Shown here piece by piece: positions 37,512 through 45,729 of a stretch of DNA of 46,523 nt. The translations under genes and the position numbers were made by a program. The stretch is from an uncultured Bacteroidaceae bacterium. GTDB taxonomy: Bacteria; Bacillota; Clostridia; Christensenellales; CAG-917. Under the pieces are notes generated by a model. That model made no database searches and was not told the origin of the DNA. It was given only the letters and a program-made list of their open reading frames with translations. The DNA lies in contig CAYIYN010000001.1 of assembly GCA_964367645.1 (NCBI GenBank), positions 1 to 46,523 of the forward strand, given 5' to 3'. Every line of letters begins with the position of its first letter. Position 1 is the first letter of the stretch.

Positions 37512-37560
37512 TGCAATTTCTTAAAATATTTTTTGGGAAAGCGCACCCAAATTTTGACAA

Positions 37561-37590
37561 CTAAAACCGCGCCTTAAATTGGGCGCGGTA
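37561..37590 (-). terminator. rho-independent terminator of the GH20 gene
   Basis: On the minus strand: ACCGCGCC-caatttaa-GGCGCGGT followed by TTTTAG. It lies about 55 nt downstream of the stop at 37645, which insulates the giant gene from upstream transcription. Confidence 0.7.
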
Positions 37591-37644
37591 GATATACGAA
37601 AACATGAATTGGCGGCAAAAGTATGCGAAAAAAATATTTTTTCG

Positions 37645-39186
37645 CTATTGCCCGCTTTTTCTGCCCTTTTTTGCGCTGCGCTGATTTTTTATTGACGTAA
37701 ATGCGTCGACGTCAATCGTATTTATAAAGAACTTCGCAATCTTGTAAGTCCCGGAAAACACGTCGGGATTGGCTTCCTTTATGCTCGCAAAACCAACGTC
37801 GTTCAGTTGGAGCAAACCAAGTACGTTATACAGTCTTTTTTTGAAATCGGCGTAATCTTTTTTGCTGTCCGCCCAAGCAGAATTTGCAACTGCCAAAGCG
37901 CGCGGAAACGCCTGATAATACAACCTATCGGCGTCCGCGATCCATTCCGTCCAAAGCGGACACTCGAGTCCTATGACGTTTTCCATGCTTTTTTCGTCGA
38001 AAAATGTCGAAATTTCAAATTTATATGCCTTTTTCAGCGAGGACATCATGTAGGGATAATCAAGATAGTACGGGACAAATTTCGACACTACGGTTTTTCT
38101 GCCGGCGGAGGCGGCGGAGATAACTCTCAAAGGATTTTTGCCGTCCTGCCAATACTGGCAAACGACGCCTTCGTCCAACATTCCGCTGTTTAGCGCCTCG
38201 TTCCAAACTATTGGTTCTTTATTGAGGTTTTTCAGCATTCTAACGACTCTGTTTGTGAAATAACCCTGAAGTTGTTCAAAGTCTTTCAAACCCTCTTTTT
38301 TAACAATTTTTTTGCATTTCTCACAGTTTTCCCATTGAACTTTAGGCACTTCGTCGCCGCCTATGTGGAAGTATTTCGAGGGAAAAATTTCAGCCACTTC
38401 TTTGAGCAATTTTTCAAGAAAAACATAGTTGCTTTCTTTTCCCGCACAAATAATTCTGCTGTCTATGCCGTAACGCTCGGCTACGTCATAAATTTCACCC
38501 GTGCAGGACAATTCCGGTTTGGCTGCCAGCATTGCAACCGTATGTCCGGGAAGGTCGATTTCTGGGATAACTTCGATAAATCTTTCCTTTGCATACACCA
38601 CTATTTCCTTGATATCCAATTTGGTGAAATAACCTCCGACGGGCACGCCGTCGCCGCGCGTACCCTTTCTGAAGTTACCCTTTTCGTTCAATATCGGGAA
38701 TTCGGTGCTTTCCAGCCTATAGCCTTGATTGTCCGACAGATGCAGATGCAATTTGTTCATTTTTGTAAGTGCAAGCACATCTATTAACTTTTTTACGACT
38801 TCTTTGTCGAAAAAGTGCCTTACTACGTCGAGCATAAAACCACGGTAACCAAAACGCGGAGAATCGCTAATCACACAGTTGTCAAGCGTTGCGATACCGT
38901 CACTATAGGCATCGAAAATGAGTTGCTTCAGCGTCATCGCAGCGTGAAAAAGGCCTTCTTCGGTGTTAGAAACCGCTTTTATATTGCCGTCTATCACCAA
39001 TTTATAATCCGCGTCACACTCTCCCAAAACAAAATCCGCCTTGTTAGATGCACTGTTTTTGAAGTCCAAGAAGTTCAATTCCGAAATAATAATCTTTGCG
39101 GGTGCCTTAATAATTGTGTCTGCGGAAAAGACTGTTTTCCCGTCTTTTTTCTCTTCGTTTGTGGGCTTGGGTAAAATATTAAACAT
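37645..39186 (-). CDS. beta-N-acetylhexosaminidase (GH20)
   Basis: It has the GH20 catalytic signature 'YFHIGGDEV' and the motifs 'RFGYRGFMLDVVRHF' and 'NKLHLHLSDNQGYRLE'. The start was moved to 'MFNILPK' (ATG at 39186), which is preceded by GGAGGCAAT. No signal peptide is obvious. Confidence 0.9.
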   Translation of the reverse strand: MFNILPKPTNEEKKDGKTVFSADTIIKAPAKIIISELNFLDFKNSASNKADFVLGECDADYKLVIDGNIKAVSNTEEGLFHAAMTLKQLIFDAYSDGIATLDNCVISDSPRFGYRGFMLDVVRHFFDKEVVKKLIDVLALTKMNKLHLHLSDNQGYRLESTEFPILNEKGNFRKGTRGDGVPVGGYFTKLDIKEIVVYAKERFIEVIPEIDLPGHTVAMLAAKPELSCTGEIYDVAERYGIDSRIICAGKESNYVFLEKLLKEVAEIFPSKYFHIGGDEVPKVQWENCEKCKKIVKKEGLKDFEQLQGYFTNRVVRMLKNLNKEPIVWNEALNSGMLDEGVVCQYWQDGKNPLRVISAASAGRKTVVSKFVPYYLDYPYMMSSLKKAYKFEISTFFDEKSMENVIGLECPLWTEWIADADRLYYQAFPRALAVANSAWADSKKDYADFKKRLYNVLGLLQLNDVGFASIKEANPDVFSGTYKIAKFFINTIDVDAFTSIKNQRSAKKGRKSGQ

Positions 39187-39272
39187 ATTGCCTCCATACG
39201 CGCTTTTACGCAATAAAATAATTTTAGCAGTTGCATATTGTAAAGTCAAGATGTCCTTTGACATCTAACTTT

Positions 39273-39788
39273 ATGCGTGTTATTCTAAATCAAATGAGAG
39301 CGGGCGGATGTTTGATTGGAGGAGCGCTTACAACTGCGCTTGGCGTTTTATGGCGGATAATAAAAGCAGTTTGTTCAGTTATCGGCAAAGGCATTTATTA
39401 TTTCGGTCTATATGTGCCAATCGCCTATCTTATCTACGGTGCCGTGCTCTATTTCATCTTCGACTTCCGGCTTTTCGTCCCGACTACGGACGGAAGTCTT
39501 TATACGGCGGGCTTTTGCATAACACTCATTTGTTCGGTGATAATTGCCTACAAAAACATAATTCTACGCCCTTACCGTAAGTATTTTGCCAAGCAAGACG
39601 TCATCGAATATGACACTTCTAATGCGGGCAAAAACGCTCCGGAAGCACCCAAAATATACAAAAGCAAAGTCAATCCCGATGTAATTGTGTATGAGTATTA
39701 CAACCGCTATGACCTCTATGAAGAGCACGGCGACGGACTCAAACAAGTTGCAACCGAATACAAATTGAAAAAGGAGAAGAGATGGTAG
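39273..39788 (+). CDS. hypothetical membrane protein
   Basis: The ORF has 2-3 predicted TM helices ('GGALTTALGVLW', 'YYFGLYVPIAYLIYGAVLYFIF', 'AGFCITLICSVIIAY'). Its stop overlaps the start of the next gene. The start is uncertain (TTG 39231, ATG 39273 or ATG 39294) and none has a clear SD. Confidence 0.5.
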   Translation: MRVILNQMRAGGCLIGGALTTALGVLWRIIKAVCSVIGKGIYYFGLYVPIAYLIYGAVLYFIFDFRLFVPTTDGSLYTAGFCITLICSVIIAYKNIILRPYRKYFAKQDVIEYDTSNAGKNAPEAPKIYKSKVNPDVIVYEYYNRYDLYEEHGDGLKQVATEYKLKKEKRW

Positions 39789-40747
39789 AGCCATCCGTGG
39801 CAGGCACGATAAAATCCGCAAAAATTCCGCCCGTCAAACGCGGAATACTCGCCCTTCACGAAGAAGGCATCCTCGGTTTCACAAAGCATCCGAAAAAACG
39901 CATTTGGGAAATCGACTTTTTGCGCGGTTTTTGCGTTCTTCTTATGATATTGGACCACACCGCGATACTCCTTGCCGATTTTTTCGGACCGATTTGGTAT
40001 GGCAGAAGTCTTGTTGGAGATGGGATTGGCCCCGCTCTTTGCCGTCTGTGCGCCACATATTTGAACAGCAATTTGAGAGAAATAGGTCATCCCATTGTTT
40101 TGTTTTTCTTCTTTTCGATATGCGGAATTTCTTGCTCTTTGTCACGCAATAATTTGAAACGCGCCCTGCAACTTTCCTTTCTTGCATTGACACTTTCAGT
40201 TTTGACTTACGTGACCGATTTCGTCTTGGGTATAAAAGGCACGTTCATTCATTTCGGCGTTCTGCATTTTTTGTCGTTCTGTCTGTTGTCATACGCGTTC
40301 TTGGAGCTAATTTCAAAGAAAAACAAAATTGTCATATCTCTTTTTGCGATTGCTGCCGTGGTTGCCACAAGCCTCGTCTATCACCTTTATCGACCGACTG
40401 AGGCAATCCCCGGAATATGGCAATTCTTTTTGGGCAACGCCTACATCGACTACGGCATGCCGATAACCTACACGCATATTGACTCATACTCTTTGTATCA
40501 TTTCAGTCCATTGGACTTTTTCCCGATAGTGCCCTGGATAGCGTTTTTTTATTTCGGTGTGCTTGTTCAACCTCTCATTTACGGCAAAAAACGCAGCCTC
40601 TTGGCAGTGTTGGACAGGGGTTGGCAGCGACCCGTATCATTCTTAGGCCGCCACGCTCTCATAATTTACGCACTTCATACTGTTGTTATCGGATTGATTT
40701 TGATGGTAATCAGTCAAATAGTTTTTGGGACTTGGGGATTGATTTAA
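39782..40747 (+). CDS. DUF1624 / heparan-alpha-glucosaminide N-acetyltransferase-like membrane protein
   Basis: 321 aa and polytopic. It has the family signature 'RIWEIDFLRGFCVLLMILDH' near the N-terminus. AAGGAGAAGAG lies directly upstream of the ATG at 39782. Confidence 0.75.
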   Translation: MVEPSVAGTIKSAKIPPVKRGILALHEEGILGFTKHPKKRIWEIDFLRGFCVLLMILDHTAILLADFFGPIWYGRSLVGDGIGPALCRLCATYLNSNLREIGHPIVLFFFFSICGISCSLSRNNLKRALQLSFLALTLSVLTYVTDFVLGIKGTFIHFGVLHFLSFCLLSYAFLELISKKNKIVISLFAIAAVVATSLVYHLYRPTEAIPGIWQFFLGNAYIDYGMPITYTHIDSYSLYHFSPLDFFPIVPWIAFFYFGVLVQPLIYGKKRSLLAVLDRGWQRPVSFLGRHALIIYALHTVVIGLILMVISQIVFGTWGLI

Positions 40748-40802
40748 ATTTGCAAACAATCAATACTTTGACGTTTGACTGTTTGGCTTATCGCGCTGTC
40801 AA

Positions 40803-40836
40803 AATAAAAAAACACCTGCACTGCGGGTGTTTTAAT
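40803..40836. terminator. bidirectional rho-independent terminator
   Basis: An A-run, then ACACCTGC-act-GCGGGTGT (one G.U pair), then TTTTAATTT. It sits between the convergent DUF1624 gene and the PH-domain gene. Confidence 0.7.
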
Positions 40837-40877
40837 TTGTGAATTTGTCGTTTATCTTTGCAAGCAGATATCTTTGC

Positions 40878-41453
40878 TTAAATTTCATCGTCGAAATTTC
40901 TTTTTGTTGCAGGAGTGAGGGTCAATCGCATCGTCTTGTTTTCGTCTTTTTCCGTGCGGGTTTTTTGTTTCGTAATCTTCTGGGCAAATCTTTCGGGCTG
41001 TACCACCCATTTCACTACAAGCGGTTTCTCTGCGTCTGTGATTATTGTCACGTTTCCATAGCGTAGTAAACGCTGAAATAACCTCTGTTTTGTTTCCACA
41101 GATTTTATTTCGTTTATGGGAAGTTGCGCGTTTTTCAAAGAAATAACGCCCGAGCGCGCTACAAACTTTTCCTGAGTGATAAGCGCCTCTTTTCTATAAC
41201 GGCTGACAGCCTCTATAAGAATTGCCAAAAGCACGACTCCCGCACAACCCAAAAGTATGTATTTAAGAACGGCTTCCGAAAGAAATTCCTTTTTTATAAG
41301 TCCTTCGATTTGGTCTGCAAAAATCCAGATAACGGCAAGAATACCGCCCAAAACAGCGGCCAAAAACACTTCGCGCAAAAACACCCAGTAAGTGAATTTT
41401 GCTTTGGCGACAATTCTTTCGGATTTTGAATATGTTCTTTCCAGTTCTCTCAT
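40878..41453 (-). CDS. bacterial PH-domain (bPH_2/YdbT-like) membrane protein
   Basis: 191 aa. Two TM helices are followed by 'FVARSGVISLKNAQLPINEIKSVETKQRLFQRLLRYGNVTIITD', the typical bPH_2 pattern. Confidence 0.75.
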   Translation of the reverse strand: MRELERTYSKSERIVAKAKFTYWVFLREVFLAAVLGGILAVIWIFADQIEGLIKKEFLSEAVLKYILLGCAGVVLLAILIEAVSRYRKEALITQEKFVARSGVISLKNAQLPINEIKSVETKQRLFQRLLRYGNVTIITDAEKPLVVKWVVQPERFAQKITKQKTRTEKDENKTMRLTLTPATKRNFDDEI

Positions 41454-41503
41454 ATCTCAAAGTTCTCTCACATATCAAATTGTATGCGCAATGGAACAAC
41501 CTG

Positions 41504-43474
41504 TCAATAGTTCGCTTTTACGCAAAGAGGAAAGTGCGACATTCTTACGTTTGTGCAACCAATGGGCACATACGACCTCTCCATTGTTTCTTCTGAAAAT
41601 TGAGGTTTTTTGGGTATTAAGGGGACACCGTTCAAGTCATAATCCCAGTTTGGCACGTTTTTGCTTTTGATTTTAAGCTCAAACGGCGGTCTGTCATGCG
41701 AGAACGGAATTTCACCTATCGCGTTGACTATGGTCTGTTCGTTGTCATAAGGGCGTCGCAGTCCGTTTGAAGAGTGCTTTGATACGACGGGAGCAAAGTT
41801 CCATCTCTTCACAAATCGTACGTCGAAAATATGCATGTCCTCGGCAGAAGCGCCAATCTCGGAAACGAACCTCGATGCCAAAAGCACGTTCCCTTTCATC
41901 AAGGATATCGTATCGTCTTGGTTTTCAACCGCAACGAGGGGTATATCCAGTTTGAGCATAAAAGTGCTTCCCTTTTTCAGTACGCACTTTACCGAAATGG
42001 ATTTAGTTCCGGTGGCAACCACTTGTCCGCCCGATACAAGTTGCATCGCGGTATTCCTAGGCACGCGAAAATTGATTTTAAGTTCCGGGTCGCCTTCCGC
42101 TTCTTCAACTTTGAAAATAATAGTGTTGCGGAAAGGATAGCCGGTTTCTTCTTTTATTCTTATGCGGTATCCGTCAACCACGGTTTCGATGGAGCACGGC
42201 GCGTAGGTGAGAAAATCCAGTTCCTTTTCTCTTGTCATGCACAGTGACTGCATAAAGAGAGGATATGCGGAAATGAGTGCAACCGCTCCGCGGGAGAGCT
42301 TGCCTCTTATAAAAGCATTGCCGTATACGGTGTCTTTAAACTTTGAGGCTCGTTCCACCGACGCTTCTTCTTGGTTTGGCAACACGATGTCTTGAACGGC
42401 ACTCACATCTTCAAACGCCGCCGCAGGGATGACGTTGAACGCAATCTGCTCGAGAAGATCGGCCGAGTGGGAGTCGTTTGTTTCCGCAAGCACTTCCACA
42501 AGCGACTCTATCATTTCCACTGCGCTTTCAACGTCGATACCGCGTGTCGGGACGGTGCCTGCAAGACGGAAGTCCGATGAAAACATTCCGGTGGCGTTTC
42601 CGTGATATCGCTCAACGTTTGCAATAAGATTCAGCGAGAGTTCTTTAAGTTCGTCATCACCAATAAAACGACCGTAAACGCAAGGATATTTGACGGCCTT
42701 TGCAACGCTTACGCCGGAAGTTTGCACTGCGAAACAATGAGAGGATTTTTTCCATTCCTTGTTCGCTTTGTCAACGGTCAAAACTTTTGCATCCGGCAAG
42801 TCGCTTTCCGTCGCGTTATCATAACTTTCAACAAACTTTTTTACCCTTGCCGCCGCCATCTGCGAAATATAATTGTTTGCAGGTTTTTTGTAGGGGAAAT
42901 GCTCCGCAAGTTTGAACCAGTTTGTGCTTGTTTCTCTCAGCCTTTCTGCAAGGTCGTGCAGCCACTCCGCGTCGGTTTCTTTGAACACTCTCTCTATAGC
43001 GGGTATCTCTTCAAGCAGACGCGCTCTGGAGTGATACCAGCAAGGAGTAATGCCAAAGGTATTGAATTGATTTTTGAAAAACTTTCTTAGCAAAACAAGA
43101 GCCTTTTCGTCGCCCGTCAGTTCGTAATAGCTAAGAACTGTCTTAATCGCTTCGATTTGGGGAGAAAGAAATCTGCCTTCGTCGGGACCAAAATCGCCGC
43201 CTTCGTTGGCGCTTGAAAAAATCGGCGACATAAAACTTTCCATTTTTTCTTTCAAAACGGATTCGTTCAAGACGCCTGCAAGCAAAATCAAACCGCGAAC
43301 ATAGCGGGGAAACGTTTCTCCCTCTACCCATTCTCCGTCACTCAAAAGTTCGCTGTTGCAACCGAGTTTTTTCTGCAAGTTGTTTGTCAGTTTTATTTGT
43401 GAGAGCAGCCAACCTTCCGGCTTTATTGCACCCGGCGGTAGTATATTCAATCTGTCAATCGTGTTTCTCGGCAT
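41504..43474 (-). CDS. putative glycoside hydrolase, DUF1680/GH127-like (low-confidence family call)
   Basis: The start was moved to 'MPRNTIDRLNILPPGAIKPEGWL' (ATG at 43474), preceded by AGGAGAAGT. The ORF-track start at 43687 would overlap apgM. The ~656-aa size, the N-terminal 'v.l.pG...p.g' motif, the 'EETGYPFRNTIIFKV' beta-sandwich segment and the C-terminal 'YVPIG..NVRMSHFP' resemble GH127-type proteins from memory. Confidence 0.55.
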   Translation of the reverse strand: MPRNTIDRLNILPPGAIKPEGWLLSQIKLTNNLQKKLGCNSELLSDGEWVEGETFPRYVRGLILLAGVLNESVLKEKMESFMSPIFSSANEGGDFGPDEGRFLSPQIEAIKTVLSYYELTGDEKALVLLRKFFKNQFNTFGITPCWYHSRARLLEEIPAIERVFKETDAEWLHDLAERLRETSTNWFKLAEHFPYKKPANNYISQMAAARVKKFVESYDNATESDLPDAKVLTVDKANKEWKKSSHCFAVQTSGVSVAKAVKYPCVYGRFIGDDELKELSLNLIANVERYHGNATGMFSSDFRLAGTVPTRGIDVESAVEMIESLVEVLAETNDSHSADLLEQIAFNVIPAAAFEDVSAVQDIVLPNQEEASVERASKFKDTVYGNAFIRGKLSRGAVALISAYPLFMQSLCMTREKELDFLTYAPCSIETVVDGYRIRIKEETGYPFRNTIIFKVEEAEGDPELKINFRVPRNTAMQLVSGGQVVATGTKSISVKCVLKKGSTFMLKLDIPLVAVENQDDTISLMKGNVLLASRFVSEIGASAEDMHIFDVRFVKRWNFAPVVSKHSSNGLRRPYDNEQTIVNAIGEIPFSHDRPPFELKIKSKNVPNWDYDLNGVPLIPKKPQFSEETMERSYVPIGCTNVRMSHFPLCVKANY

Positions 43475-43546
43475 ACTTCTCCTAAAATTGTAAAAGACAC
43501 AACGTGCGCGTAGAGCACATAAGTATTGACAATTTAGCATAGAAAA

Positions 43547-43575
43547 TTGACAAATGCAAGGAAAAGCTCTAAACT
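43547..43575 (+). promoter_or_regulatory. putative sigma-A promoter of apgM
   Basis: TTGACA (43547..43552), a 17-nt spacer, then TAAACT (43570..43575). A GAGG lies 6 nt before the ATG at 43601. Confidence 0.4.
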
Positions 43576-43600
43576 TTAATAACACACAAACGAGGCACTT

Positions 43601-44821
43601 ATGAAATATGCATTGATTCTTGGCGACGGAATGGCGGATTATCCCATCGAAAAACTCGGCGGGCTGACTCCCCTTTGCGTCGCACACAAACCCTGTATAG
43701 ACGCTATGGCAAAGAGCGGAAAAATAGGAATGGTCAAAACTGTTCCCGACGGCATGAAACCCGGCAGCGACGTCGCTAACTTGGGCGCGCTGGGCTACGA
43801 TGCCAAAGTCTGTTACACAGGACGCAGCCCTCTCGAGGCTCTGTCAATCGGCATAGATATGAAAGCCGACGATTTGGCGCTGCGCACCAATCTTGTCACC
43901 CTAAGCAACGATGAACCTTTTGAAAACAAAACGATGGTGGACTATTCCGCCGGTGAAATCACAACCGACGAAAGCCGCGAGTTGATGAGGTTTATAAACG
44001 AAAAACTAGGCGACAAAATTTTTAGTTTTTACGGCGGAGTCAGTTACCGTCATTGTTTGATTATCTCCAAAACGGAAGACGGCGACAAGGACGAAATGAA
44101 CCTTACACCGCCTCACGACATAAGCAAAAAAGTCATTGGGGATTATCTGCCCAAGGGCAAATATAGCGAAAAACTAACCTCGCTTATCAAACAATCTTAC
44201 GACTTGCTAAAAGATCACCCAATCAACGTTAAGCGTGTTTTAAACCATCAAAAACCGGCAAACAGCATATGGTTTTGGGGACAAGGAACTCGCCCGACGC
44301 TGGATAATTTCAAATCGCGCTTCGGCAAAAGCGGCGGTATGATAAGCGCCGTCGATTTGCTAAAAGGCATCGCTATCGGAGCGGGAATGACAAGCGTGGA
44401 CGTCGAAGGAGCAACGGGCACTCTAAGTTCCAATTTCGACGGAAAAGCACAGGCGGCGATTGACCTTCTCGACAGCGGAAAGGACTTTGTTTTCGTTCAT
44501 CTTGAAGCCCCCGACGAGTGCGGACATCAAGGTGATTTGGAAGGCAAAATTAAGGCGATTGAAGTCATTGACCAAAAGATAGTCTGCCCTATTAAGCGTC
44601 ATTTTGAAGAGCGAAAAGAAGACTTTGCAATGCTTGTTATGCCCGATCACCGCACGCCGATATCAATCCTCACACACTCATCGGAGCCTGTGCCATTTTT
44701 GCTGTATTCTTCAAAGGAAAACTTGGGCGGCACATCTTCATACGACGAATTCAGCGCAGAAAAAAGCGGTGTCTATTATGACAAACCATGGGATTTGACA
44801 AAAGAATTTTTATCGCTTTAA
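43601..44821 (+). CDS. apgM: cofactor-independent phosphoglycerate mutase, archaeal-type (ApgM / metalloenzyme superfamily)
   Basis: 406 aa. The N-terminus 'MKYALILGDGMADYPI..LGG.TPL..A..P..D' with 'GSDVANLGALGYD' and the later 'HLEAPDECGHQGD' are hallmark ApgM motifs. The closely related 'proposed homoserine kinase' subfamily cannot be excluded by eye. Confidence 0.85.
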   Translation: MKYALILGDGMADYPIEKLGGLTPLCVAHKPCIDAMAKSGKIGMVKTVPDGMKPGSDVANLGALGYDAKVCYTGRSPLEALSIGIDMKADDLALRTNLVTLSNDEPFENKTMVDYSAGEITTDESRELMRFINEKLGDKIFSFYGGVSYRHCLIISKTEDGDKDEMNLTPPHDISKKVIGDYLPKGKYSEKLTSLIKQSYDLLKDHPINVKRVLNHQKPANSIWFWGQGTRPTLDNFKSRFGKSGGMISAVDLLKGIAIGAGMTSVDVEGATGTLSSNFDGKAQAAIDLLDSGKDFVFVHLEAPDECGHQGDLEGKIKAIEVIDQKIVCPIKRHFEERKEDFAMLVMPDHRTPISILTHSSEPVPFLLYSSKENLGGTSSYDEFSAEKSGVYYDKPWDLTKEFLSL

Positions 44822-44843
44822 AATTCATTAAGTAAAAACATAC

Positions 44844-44933
44844 AAGTTGCACTTACATAAATGGCAGTTACACAAATTGCAATTACATAAATTGCAGTTA
44901 CACAAATTGCACTTACATAAACTGCACTGTAAA
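44844..44933. repeat. 15-bp tandem repeat x6 (consensus AAATTGCANTTACAY), alternating as a 30-bp super-unit
   Basis: Units read directly: aagttgcacttacat, aaatggcagttacac, aaattgcaattacat, aaattgcagttacac, aaattgcacttacat, aaactgcactgtaaa. The array lies between convergent genes. Confidence 0.85.
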
Positions 44934-44990
44934 AATGCGATGCCGAAAATTCGGTTTAGACTAAAAGACAGCCGAAAAAATTTATTACAA

Positions 44991-45015
44991 AAAAGAGGAG
45001 CAACGCTCCTCTTTT
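44991..45015. terminator. bidirectional rho-independent terminator
   Basis: AAAAGAGGAGC-aac-GCTCCTCTTTT, between apgM (+) and the membrane-protein gene (-). Confidence 0.7.
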
Positions 45016-45069
45016 CATTTACTCAAATGCTTATCAAAATCATAGTCACGCTTTAATTTGCAATTTTCG

Positions 45070-45720
45070 TTAGGTTTTTTTGCTGTCTTTTTTCTGACCG
45101 TAAAGGCTTTTCATTGCCGCCGTGCGGATTTTGTTTTCCTTTTGTTTTCCGTCAACGAAAGTGACAACTTTTACGGCGATTTTTTTGCCGCGGTGTTTAT
45201 AAACGGCTTTGATGACCATAATGGAAATCTTTAAAGCCACTTGCACAATCGCAACGACAAATGTAAAAACAAACATCAAAAGTTGCACAACTCCGTCAAA
45301 TCCCTGCACCGCGATACCTGCCATAGACACGGCGGAAATAGCGAGGAACATTATGTTGACAAGCCCCTTAAAAATGACTATCAGTTTTTTGTAAAGAGCC
45401 AGCGCCTTTTTCCCTTTACCCTCGTTTTTAGTGCCCAATGACACTCCGACAATCACAATAAAAACGACAATCCAAACAGCTAGCAATGCGATGAGTGCGG
45501 AGTTAAATCTGGAAGGTATCCAATTGTTGACCATAAACAAGATAACGGAAACGATTGTGTATACAACGCAAATAAGCGTCCACACAAAACTTGCAATCTG
45601 CGTCCTGCCCTCGTTTGTGGCGGTGCTGATATCTTCCGTAAGGACATCGTTCTGTACGCTTGCATCGCCGTTTGAAACAGAATCTGAATTTTTGGTTGAT
45701 TTTGTGAAGGGGAGTTTCAT
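45070..45720 (-). CDS. hypothetical polytopic membrane protein
   Basis: 216 aa. A hydrophilic N-terminus is followed by about 4 TM helices and a Lys-rich C-terminal tail. I recognise no family. Confidence 0.6.
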   Translation of the reverse strand: MKLPFTKSTKNSDSVSNGDASVQNDVLTEDISTATNEGRTQIASFVWTLICVVYTIVSVILFMVNNWIPSRFNSALIALLAVWIVVFIVIVGVSLGTKNEGKGKKALALYKKLIVIFKGLVNIMFLAISAVSMAGIAVQGFDGVVQLLMFVFTFVVAIVQVALKISIMVIKAVYKHRGKKIAVKVVTFVDGKQKENKIRTAAMKSLYGQKKDSKKT

Positions 45721-45729
45721 AATCCGATT

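Noticed and set aside
10470-37524. Dozens of plus-strand ORFs of 60-232 aa inside the giant gene (for example 21966..22664, 30213..30794, 17805..18329 and 23247..23759).
   Set aside because: All are antisense to one continuous 27-kb frame, and their translations are low-complexity or Cys/Arg-rich. I checked no start sites for RBSs. Long antisense ORFs are an expected by-product of the codon composition of a long gene.
44847-45056. A 69-aa ORF translating to MHLHKWQLHKLQLHKLQLHKLHLHKLH...
   Set aside because: The periodic peptide is just the translation of the 15-bp DNA tandem repeat. There is no SD, and the ORF runs through a terminator hairpin.
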